Below are positions 34,788 to 44,670 of a stretch of DNA of 44,670 bases, in pieces (positions within the stretch are counted from its first letter, which is position 1; every line of letters begins with the position of its first letter). Source of the DNA: a virus (taxonomy: Duplodnaviria; Heunggongvirae; Uroviricota; Caudoviricetes); IMG/VR virus record IMGVR_UViG_3300031867_003838, positions 1 through 44,670 of that record. The stretch is one strand, 5' to 3'. The translations under genes and the position numbers were made by a program. A model generated the notes under the pieces. The model searched no databases, was not told where the DNA came from, and saw only the letters and a list, made by a program, of their open reading frames with translations.

Positions 34788-35390
34788 GTGGCAAAGAAGC
34801 AAGTAAATAGTATAGATGAAATTAGATCTGCTACTAAGATGGCAATTGGTTATGGAGTCCGTAGAGCTGCAATAGTTTTGGGAAATGAAATAAGTGACGC
34901 ATATGATACTGTAATTAAAAGATTCTATGATCATCTTGATCCTAAAAATTATAAACGTACTGAATCACTATATAAAGCCGCTGTTGGTGTTGGCGAGAAA
35001 AAGAGTAACGGCAAAAACAGATTGCCATATAAACGTCTTGGCGACCACAAATGGCAATGCGGCATAAATGTCGATCATAATAATATACCACCAAATACAT
35101 ATGATAAGAATCCGATGCATGGACGTGAGATGGATACGAAGTATGTATTTTGGCTTGCTTACGACAGAGGTATCCACGGCTTCAACCAAACTATGTATGA
35201 AAACATCCAGAAACATTATGATGCTATTGGGCATGTAAGATGGTATGTACCGAGAGATTCAATACCGGATACCTTGAATAACCCGAGGCCATCAAAACAT
35301 ATGTCGCTTCTGTTTAGACAGATTAATAATCGTTCGCATGTTGGAGAGGTTTTATTCAGATGTATAGACGAATTTGAAGGACGGGCATAG
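34788..35390 (+). CDS. Hypothetical protein upstream of the tape measure gene (about 200 aa)
   Basis: GTG start after SD AAAGGTGGTGA. Confidence 0.65.
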   Translation: MAKKQVNSIDEIRSATKMAIGYGVRRAAIVLGNEISDAYDTVIKRFYDHLDPKNYKRTESLYKAAVGVGEKKSNGKNRLPYKRLGDHKWQCGINVDHNNIPPNTYDKNPMHGREMDTKYVFWLAYDRGIHGFNQTMYENIQKHYDAIGHVRWYVPRDSIPDTLNNPRPSKHMSLLFRQINNRSHVGEVLFRCIDEFEGRA

Positions 35391-35423
35391 CTCGCCCTAT
35401 TTATTTTATAGAAAGGATGAGCT

Positions 35424-38400
35424 ATGAATAACGAGTATATTTTTACCATAGACGTAAATGATAGGCCAGGTAATAAAAAGTTAGATCAGTTTGAAGGTCG
35501 TGTAGAACGATTAAATAAGAATGAAGTCAAACTGCAAATTGATGTCGAAGGGTTAGATAGAGAGAAACTTCTTGACTATAAGAAGCTCGCTGCTTCTGTC
35601 GATCCTAAGATGACAATACAGATGGAATATGAGTACGACAAGAAAAGTATTGATGTCATGAAAAAAGACATCTCAAATCTTGGAGAACTCAAGCTTCATA
35701 TTGAAAAGGGTAATGCGACTGCTGTTGAGCAGTACATTAAACAAACAATCGAAAAACTTAGTAAAGGTATTGAAGCAGGAATTAATCCAAATGAACTTAT
35801 AAAAGATTATAAGTTCGCCATGGATGTGATAGCTCAATACGTCGAGAGTAAAGATATATCCCCCGTTAGTGATAAGACATTTGCTAAACTGCAAGAAGTT
35901 GCAGAGCAGATACAAGGATTTGATAAGAAGTACACGGGTGATACGAAAAGTTCGCTTGATACGATCATTACAAGAAGAACTGAAGAATATAAATCGATGA
36001 TCAGTGATTTTGAAGACGACATGAAGCGGCTATCCAAGATGGGCGCTGTCGAATTCACTGGTGAACCCATCGATGGTTCTAAGATAAAAGAATATATCAA
36101 AGACTATGTTCGTCTTATTAAGTTAAGTGGAGAGCTTAAAAAAACAAACCTTGATACACAAATTTCTCAAGTAAATGACAATGCTAGTTTAAAGGAAAAG
36201 GTTGAAGCAATTAAAGGTTTAGCCAATGAAGCTAGAATCACAGCGGAAGAAATTGAGAAGATTAATAAAGCCATTGCTAGTGGTGATACTTCTCAAGATT
36301 TAAAAGAACAACTTGGATTGTTGCAAAACCTATATGAAAGACAGCTTACAGCATACAATAATTTATTACCATCCAATCAGCAAGAAAGAGCCACTTTCGC
36401 ACAAAATTATTTACCTGATGATTGGCAGAATTGGACTATTAATAATAAAGAATTCAATGTAGCTATAACAGAAGCAGCAGCTGAATTTCGGCGACAGATT
36501 GGGCATGCATTTCAAGAAGCAACTGCAAATCTTGGCGAGGATTTGATAAAGAGCCTTGGTATAGATAAACTTCATTTTGAACCCGGTATCATCTTTGGTG
36601 ACGAGATGGAGGAATTTGTTGAGAAACTTTTTGATGCTTCGATTAAGACTGGAGAGGCTATAGAGAAGGCTGGCAAAGAAGCCAAAGAATTTGCAGATGA
36701 GTTTACAAAAGCTGAGGAAGACGCTACTAAATCAAGTAAGAAGCTTGGAGACCAAGCCAAAGAGACTGGCGAAAAGACAAAGGATGCAAATGATAAAGCC
36801 TCAGCTTCTGCCGATGAACATAGTGAAAAAGTTAAAAAACAAGCGTTAAGTGTAGAGGAATTATCTCAAAAGTTAGAACGACTTAAACAGTTGCAAAATA
36901 CTCTTGATAGAATGGAGGTTGCTCCATTCTTTGGAGACGACGACACGGCGAGAGCATCAAGGGTTGAGGAGCTCGCACGGCAATATATTCAGACTCTTGA
37001 AGAAATAAATCGCATAGAAAATAGCGGTGAGTCTCAAGAAGTCATCAAGCAAAAGATAGGTCTTCTTTCAACATTAGCATCTAAACAGATGGAGGCTATG
37101 AATACCAGCATTCCGACGGGCGTTGATCGTAATGAATATCTTAAGAGTGCTGTCAATTTTGACTTTGGCACAGATGAGGCTGTTAATTCATTAAATAAAG
37201 TTAAGGAAAGGGCGAGAGAATTTGCTGATGATGTTAAAAGAGATTTTTCCAACATTGCCATGGAGATGTATAAAAGGTTCCCTGATGTTGATAGAGGTAG
37301 ATTATTAAATTCTGCTAGGACAAATGTATCTGCGCTCGAAGAATTAGTTGACGTTATGGAACGTATTATGAATGCTTCGAAGGGAGCATCACAAGGGACT
37401 GATGATCTATCTGATTCTCTCAAGAAGAATGAGAATGCAGCAGAAGGAGCCGCTGACGCCGAGAAGAAAGAGGAACAAGCTACACAATCCGGCACCGATG
37501 CCACCAATGAGAAAACCGAAGCGGATAAGAAGGGGGCCCAAGCCGCGGAAGAAAAGGCTAAAGCCGAGAAAGAAGCTGCTGAGGCAACGAGACAAACTGC
37601 AGAGGAGCAAGACAAAGCAAAACAGGAAGCTGAAGAACTGGCAAGAGCCGAGCAAGAAGCTTTAGATAAAACAAAGCAGGCTATAGATGAAAAGACACAA
37701 GCTGAGTCAGAGGCCGCTGATAAATCTAAACAGGCTGCCGAACAACAGATCCAGGCAGAACAGGAAATCGCCGATGCTACTAGGAAGGCTGCAGAAGAAC
37801 AGGAAAAGGCTGCTCAGACTGCTGTTGAAACTGCTGAGAAAAAGATAGAGGCTGAGAAGGAAGTTACCGAGGAAATCAAGAAAGCAGCTGAAGAACAAAG
37901 ACAATTACAGGAACAACAATCTCAGACGCAATCACAGACAGGTGATGACCAGAAGAAGATTGACGTACTTAAAGAAGAAATAGATTTATTTGGTGATCTT
38001 GGCGATGCTTCTAAATTTGCGGATATGTCTTTGGATGAGTTAATCACTAAGTTTAAAGAACTTCGTGAAATTGACGAAATGTCAGTTATGGGCAGATTAT
38101 CGGATGTTTCCGACTTATCCGATGGAAAACTAGGAAAATATATTAATGAGCTTGATCAGAAATATGGCGAGATTATTAATACTATTATCAGATTAGAAAA
38201 AGAGGAAGCAAATACTGAGGGAATTGAAAAACGAATATCTGTACTTAAAGAATATGGTCGATCGCTTGCAACTTATATTGATGAAATTAGTCCTAATATA
38301 AATGGTGATGCATATGAAAAATGGTATAAAAAATATGTAGGCAAATCACCATCTGAATTATTATCATATGAGTTTTATGATATTACGCGTGATGTACCTA

Positions 38401-41400
38401 CAGATGATTGGGACGACGTTCAAGCAGCCTTACGTGCAAAAGGTATTGAAGATAGTAGATCCGTTCTTCCTGAGTATGAATACATTAATGCTAATGCATT
38501 AAAACTGTATATAGGTATGCTTGAAGATTTATCTAATACATCAAAAGATGCGACGGAAAGGGTAGATGGACTATTTCATGTATTAAAGAGAACAGATACT
38601 TGGAATGGTTATAAAAATATACATAAAGAAGAATCTTTAGGCCTTTTTACTCAAGATCAATTAGAAACTCTGTTGAAAGGCACAAAGTCACAAGACATGA
38701 CCTGGAATGTTACACGTGGCAAAAATGACATTAGTTATGAGGTCATGACTAAGTACGGTGAACTATACACCGGAAATGGTATTGTAAACATCGATGATAT
38801 TCTCCCTGAATTATTAAAGCGTCGAAAAGAAGCTCAAGCAGAATTCGAAAGACAACTCGCCTCAATGGAGGCAACAAACCAACAAAATCAACAGCAACAT
38901 GATGAAACCGGCTCTTCTATTGAGAAAGAAACTGAGAAGAGAGAAAAACTTTCTGAGGAAATAAAAGAGCAACAGCAAACAACAGAAGGCGAATCACAAA
39001 CATCCAAGGAGAATGCCCAAATCCATGAAGAGTCGGCTGCATCTCAACAAGCAGATGGTGAATCAAGACAGAAGACAACTGATGAGATCAAGAAGCAACA
39101 GCAGGCAACAGAAGGCGAAACATCTACATCGAAAGGAAGTGCCGATCAACACGAATCAAATGCTGGATCACAGCAGGCAGAAACTGAACAGCGAAGTAAA
39201 GCCACTGATCAGATCGGAGAACAAACTGCAAAGACCGAAGCTGACACTAATGCTACTAATGAGAATAAATCTGCCCATGAAGGACTGACTACAACTCAGC
39301 AAGAAGAAGCTGATGGTAGGCAGAAGGTTACCGACGGATTAACTGAGCAAGTACAACGGACTGAGGCTGACTCCGATGCTGTCAAAGGTAATCAGACTGA
39401 GCATAGTAAGACGGCTGATGTCTTGAAAGAAGAAGGATCTGAAAGAGATACAAACGCTGACAAGATAAAAGAAGGTACAGCCGCAATTGAAGCTGATACT
39501 GCTGCAGCAGACGAGAACGCAAAGGCCCATAAGGAAATGCAGGATGTCAAAGAACAAGGCGGCACTAAGACTACAGGCAGTGGCGAAACTTTAACTGGTG
39601 CAGACTCTAATGCACTCAATGAGTTAGTTACTGCTCTTGAAAAGATTGTATCATCTGCTGCAGATGCGACTGCCAAGAAAGATGAGTTGGCAGCAGCCGA
39701 GAGAACTCTCGCAACTGATACCGGTGTATCTATTGTTAGACTCAACGCGGAGGCAGGCGCACTTGATAGTGTGAGGCGTGCTGCTGATGAAGCGGCTAGA
39801 GCGAAGGAACGATTTATATCTTCTAATCAGACACTGGCTAATCAGACTCGTGATTCATCTGATGCGTTGAACAAAGAAGCGACTGTATTAAGAGAGATCG
39901 CTTCAGCTACTCAGACTAAAGCTGTTGCAGCAAAATTGCCAACAAGCAATGCTGGCTTAATCGTAGATAAAGAAGCAGTATTTTCCGCGTACGACTCATA
40001 CGAGGCCAAGGGCGCTGCAACATATGATACAGACAGATACAACAAAATTACTGCTGCTCTTGCGGCAGATAATCCTGATTATAACAAGATAGCTAAGCTG
40101 ATTGAGACTGGTAATGATGCTGTTGATGCTGCTATTCGCAAACGGGAAGATCTTGAAGGTAGGCTCGCCAAGGCGAATGAGAGAATTAAAGCTCTTGAAG
40201 CTAAAGGTATAGCGACATTTGATGCTGATAGTTATGCAAAACTGCAGAAGTCTCTTGATAAGGTTGATACCTCTGCTACCAAACAAACAGTCACAGCTCT
40301 CGAAAATGCTATAACGCAAACTGAAAAGGATTACGAGAAAACATACCGTGAGCTTTATGACTCTACTCTTAAGCGTTATGAGGAGATGCAGCAGAATGAA
40401 TTCTATCAGAAATCTGATAAACTTTCAGGTCTTGCAGCAAAAGTAAAAGTATCTCCTAACGATGGTGGAATGCTCAATGAGTTTATTCAAGAGCTTGATG
40501 TCGTAAAGAAAAAGATTGAAGAGTCTGAATCATTATTAATTAGTTATAGACACGTTCTTGAGGATGGTCTGAATTTAAGCAATATTATCAATGGTGATAG
40601 CCATTTGACTGAAAAATTCAAGCCACAGTTAGATCAACTTGAAGAGCAGCTAGGCACCATGGAATTGAACCCGGAGTTAGTGACAAAGGCATTTGAGGGT
40701 CTTAAGGATCTCAGCCAAAGTGTTGATAACGAGTTAACTCAATTGGGTTCTTCTGTTGTAAGTATAATGGCTGAGATTGACAGTCTGACGAAACAACGCT
40801 CTGAGTATATGAAGAATGTCAAATTACTTGGTAGTGCTGACTCATCAGATGACCCAAATTATAAGGATATAGCTGCATCAGTTCAACAATACGAAACAAG
40901 ACTTAAAAACGTTCGCGATGCTGTTGCCGGAATAAATAGAACGTGGGACGAGAATAATGAGAGCGTTAAGAAAGCGAATGCGGCTCTTGATGATTATGAA
41001 AATAAGATAAAGAATGTTTCTCGAACCGACATTACCAAGAATGCTCAGGGGATGATTGACAGTATTGATAGGGTTCTTAAGCAGAAGGGTTCTAGTGGTC
41101 TTACAAAGGCTTATACCGAAGAACTTGAAGAGCTCAAAGGTAAGATGCAGGAAGCTATTCGGTATGTCAATAATTTAGGAGATCAACCGATTGACCCGAG
41201 TAAAGTAAGAGCATTCTTTTCAGCTTTCGAAGAAGGTAAAGCAACCGTTAAAGGTGCTAGTGATCAGATCAACAAGCTAGCAACTCTGAGTCAGTTGGAA
41301 GGGCTTCTTTCTAAGATCAATGATGATATTGCCAAAGGTGCAAATAGAGGTGTACTCGGTAGGGAGTATGCAGATCTCAAGGCACAGGTTGAATCTGCAA

Positions 41401-44400
41401 TCAATGAGATCAAGAACTGTACCGATGCAAGCAAAATGTTAAGTAAGATCGACTTCCCAAACTTCGCCAACCTTCAGAAAGATTTACATAATTCAGCTAT
41501 TGAGTCTGGAGCATTAAAAGGCTCAATGGTATCAAAGATGGCAGATGCCATTAATAATCAATCAGCACAATTCTTGGCAACGTACTTTAGTTTCCAGGAT
41601 ATTATCAGATATACAAAAGAAATAACGAATGCTGTTGTGCAGACTGATAGCGCTCTTACGGAATTGAAGAAAGTTTCTGATGAGAGTAATGAAAGAATAC
41701 AACAGAGCTTTAAGAAGTCTGCTGAGACTGCGCAAGAACTTGGTAATACTATTACAAATGTAATCAATAGTACAAGTGATTGGGCGAGGCTTAATATACT
41801 AGGTCTCACATGCGGCGACGCATGTTAAATAAATCCTCTCAAATCGGTAGAACTCCAGAGATGGACAATACCGAGGGTAACGCAAGGCATGTCTTGCATC
41901 CCGTAACGATCACAGTGGTATGAGTAATTGTACCACGTATGGGGACATCTCTATGAGATGAAGGTATGATCTGATCTGCAAATATAATCGAATAATATGA
42001 AATTGCAGAGGATGGCAGAAATGACCATCCCCTTTTCTTTTGAAAAGAGTAACAAAATGTGGTTATACAATTGATGAAGCGGAAGATCTCGCAAGGGTTA
42101 CAACAATATTACAAACTGTCGGTGACAATATGACGCAAGAATCTGCGTCTGAAGGTCTTGTTAGTATTCTCCAAGGATTCCAGCTTGATCCGTCAACCGC
42201 TTTACGAGTAGTCGATTCCATAAATGAAGTGGCGAATCGAATGCCGATTGACACGAGCGGGATCACAGAGGGATTGAAAAGATCAGCGGCAAGTTTCTTT
42301 ACCGCAAATACCGATCTGAACAAATCGATCGCATTGATTACAACATCCAATGCAGTGGTTCAGGACCCTTCATCTGTCGGCACTATGTTCAAAACAAGCA
42401 GTGTTTTTATGTACAGAAATGTGCATATTGCACAAATTTAATTGCAGGTAATACCTAAAGCCTCGCACCACAATAATCGGGAAACCAGATTATGATGGGA
42501 CGAAAGTAGAAACAACGCGAGGATAGCATAAGGCCAAAAACCTAAGTGCTGTTACAATGGTTGTTCTGCAGCGAAGCACCCTAACGTTATCCGTAGACCA
42601 TACGGCATCAGTCGAGGGTGAACGTTCAACGACTAGATTCACGTCGAGTTATAGGCAGGAGAATAAGGGTGGAAATCCCGAATACCTATAACAATAATCG
42701 TAGGGCGCAATCACATATGGCGTGGGTGAAAACCCCTTAAATCGAAAAGGTTTGCTCCTCTTCTACTATTGTAGGAAGGATGAAGAAATAGTCTGGTCTC
42801 ATGCGAAAGCATGAGATTTTTTATGCTGTAAAATAAATAATTGGGAAATAAAAGAAGAAAATATACTGAAGAGGATTATAAGATGAAATGCGAAGAGTTT
42901 GGATTAGAATACATCGGTTTTCATAAAGAGTATCATAAGGGTACTATGATTGATTATATTTGCCCAACGCATAGAGATAAAGGTATACAGAGTACTGAAT
43001 GGAGCCATTTTAGATTGTATGCCCATGGATGTAGATATTGTTCTGGGCGCGGAATGACGACTGAAGAAGCTCAGAAGAAAATAAAGAATCCAAACATAAT
43101 ACTAATATCACCTTATCAAGGCGCTGAAAAACCGGTTCAATGTCATTGTAATGTGTGTGGTAATGATTGGATATCTAATCGTCCAATGGATTTATTTCGT
43201 AGAGAAGGCGGATGTCCTGTGTGTGGAGAAGTAAATCGCAGATTAAATAGAAGAAACACTCATGAGGACTTTGCTAAACGGTTAGAGACGATCAATACAA
43301 ATATTGAACTCGTCGGCGAGTATACCAGAGCACATGATTTTATAAAATGTAAATGCAAGATTCATGGCATTGAATGGGAGTCTATAGCATGTAATCTTCT
43401 AAATGAAACTGCTGGGTGCCCTATATGCAATAGCTCAAAAGGTGAAAGAGAATTAATCGAAGCTTTAATATCATTGAATGTTAATTATACTACTCAAAAG
43501 ATTTTCAAAGATTGTAGAGATAAATTACCATTACGTTTTGATGCTTTTGATATAGATAGAAATATAGCGTTTGAATTTCAAGGGGAACAGCATTATTTTC
43601 CAGTCGATTTTACATTTAATAATCCTGATAAAGCTAAAGAAGATTTTGAGGCTTTGCAGAGGAGAGATGGTATTAAGAAAAGATATTGCGAAGAAAATGA
43701 TATTAAGCTCATATGCATACCATATTGGGAACGCGGTAATGTATTGAAATACTTAATTGAAAGTGTAGATGAATATAAGGAGGTTAATACAGCATAATAA
43801 ATGATGCGATTTGTGACCGCATCAAACATTTCGGCTTAGTGCTAGAATTCGCGGATCAAATATAGAGTAAACTTTTGCTCCCCCGTATGGCGACATGCGG
43901 GTAAACAATCGGCTTAATACGGTGAAAGTCCAGAGATGGATAACACCGTGGGTAAGATTTTAATTTATTAAAAATCCCGTAACGACCACAGTAGCATAAG
44001 TAATTATGCCACGTATGCCGATCATCTCTATGAGATGAAGATATGGTCTGATCTGCAAATATAATCGAATAATATGAAATTGCAGAGGATGGCAGAAATG
44101 ACCATCCCCTTTTCTTTTGAAAAGAGTAACAAAATGTAAAGGAATTAGGAGAGGAAGAAGACGAGTTTACTAAGTCATCTTCAAAACTTCGTAGCACGGT
44201 CAAAGCCATTACCGGTTTTGACATTATGAAAGATGCAAGTACTTATAAAGATATTTATGAAATACTCGATGGTATTGGCAAAAAGTTTAAAGACTTAAGT
44301 GATATTGAGCAGGCAGGATTGCTTGAAGCACTCGGCGGTAAAAGAGCGTCGAATGCTTTGGCAGCTGTTTTAAATAATAGTGAAATGCTCGAAGAAGCAT

Positions 44401-44670
44401 ATGAAATTGCACTTGGTGCCGAGGGCTCAGCGAAAAGAGAGCAAGAGCATTACGCCGAATCTGTCCAATACTCAATCGACAGAGCAAAAGCATCCATCGA
44501 GCAACTTGCCAATGATTTCTTAAGTTCCAAATTACTTAAGTCGATCATCGACGTTGGCAATGGTGCTCTTAAAGTCATAGATAGCGTTGTATCAAAACTC
44601 GGAAGTGTTAAGTCTATACTCTTAGCATTCACCGGAATGTCATTCGTCAAGAGCCTTGTTGGGGCAGATA
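35424..44670 (+). CDS. Tape measure protein, more than 2400 aa, truncated by the window end; exons 35424-41791, 42060-42395, 43834-43868 and 44137 onward
   Basis: Long coiled coil with repeats; TMP core restored by splicing: DWARL|GYTIDEAEDLA...SVGTMFKT|LSARIRGSNIE(L)|KELGEEED...GGKRASN...; reading frame open to the window end. Confidence 0.88.
38898..39527 (+). repeat. Five tandem 42-aa (126-bp) repeats inside the tape measure protein
   Basis: His at exact 126-bp intervals (38898 to 39528); units share H...E..R....D.I.EQ...TE[GA]......N. Confidence 0.8.
41792..42059 (+). mobile_element. Group I intron TMP-1 (268 nt, ORF-less)
   Basis: P1 GAGGCU/GGUCUC; P10 ACUA/UGGU; P7 GAUCA/UGAUC; terminal G. 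Confidence 0.9.
42396..43833 (+). mobile_element. Group I intron TMP-2 (about 1438 nt) carrying a homing endonuclease ORF in the P9 region
   Basis: UUAAUUGCAGG, UUCUGCAGC, CAACGACUAG and AAAUAGUCUG (P7 GACUA/UAGUC); excision restores FKTLSARIRG; boundaries +/-1 nt. Confidence 0.87.
42841..43797 (+). CDS. Intron-encoded homing endonuclease (Zn ribbons plus Vsr-like/PD-(D/E)xK domain)
   Basis: CNVC/CPVC, CKIH/CPIC; SKGE...LRFDAF...FEFQGEQHY...KKRYC...LICIPYW; lies inside intron TMP-2. Confidence 0.88.
   Translation: MGNKRRKYTEEDYKMKCEEFGLEYIGFHKEYHKGTMIDYICPTHRDKGIQSTEWSHFRLYAHGCRYCSGRGMTTEEAQKKIKNPNIILISPYQGAEKPVQCHCNVCGNDWISNRPMDLFRREGGCPVCGEVNRRLNRRNTHEDFAKRLETINTNIELVGEYTRAHDFIKCKCKIHGIEWESIACNLLNETAGCPICNSSKGERELIEALISLNVNYTTQKIFKDCRDKLPLRFDAFDIDRNIAFEFQGEQHYFPVDFTFNNPDKAKEDFEALQRRDGIKKRYCEENDIKLICIPYWERGNVLKYLIESVDEYKEVNTA
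43869..44136 (+). mobile_element. Group I intron TMP-3 (268 nt, ORF-less), paralogue of TMP-1
   Basis: P1 GAGU/GCUC; P10 CUUU/AAAG; P7 GACCA/UGGUC (covaries with TMP-1); last 90 nt identical to TMP-1. Confidence 0.9.

Noticed and set aside
43856-44650. Minus-strand ORFs over TMP-3 and exon 4
   Set aside because: Shadow ORFs; the plus-strand spliced frame encodes recognisable tape measure sequence to the window end.
1-44670. tRNA, rRNA or tmRNA genes, IS elements, reverse transcriptase
   Set aside because: No cloverleaf, T-loop, transposase or RT motif recognised by eye; tRNAscan/ARAGORN was not run.

Overview
A 44.7-kb segment of a large Firmicutes (probably Clostridia-type) tailed phage or prophage with SPbeta-like gene order. 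It starts with a divergent non-coding control region (two identical palindromes, a hairpin-rich 700-nt leader, and about 21 copies of a 16-bp palindrome). Next comes a rightward early/middle block (IscS-type cysteine desulfurase, BRO-N protein, DUF3310-like protein, HD hydrolase, YonO-like single-subunit RNA polymerase, HU, PhoH, ClpP-like protein, metallophosphoesterase). The morphogenesis block follows (terminase, portal, prohead protease/scaffold, decoration protein, capsid, neck, tail tube, RuvC-like resolvase, tyrosine recombinase, and a very long tape measure gene that runs off the window). Manual reading resolves nine group I introns in four genes: RNAP x1, TerL x3, a neck gene x2 around a 15-nt micro-exon, and tape measure x3 with a 35-nt exon. 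Only one intron carries an endonuclease ORF, and two appear to have a C rather than U at the 5' splice site. Three self-contained antisense micro-gene cassettes, absent from the ORF track, lie in late-operon intergenic gaps. Two are tandem paralogues encoding 19- and 27-aa alternating Val/Ile/Thr and Lys/Arg beta-strand peptides with 5' anti-Shine-Dalgarno leaders; the third encodes a 23-aa hydrophobic type-I-toxin-like peptide. All family assignments come from motifs recognised by eye; no database search or folding program was run.
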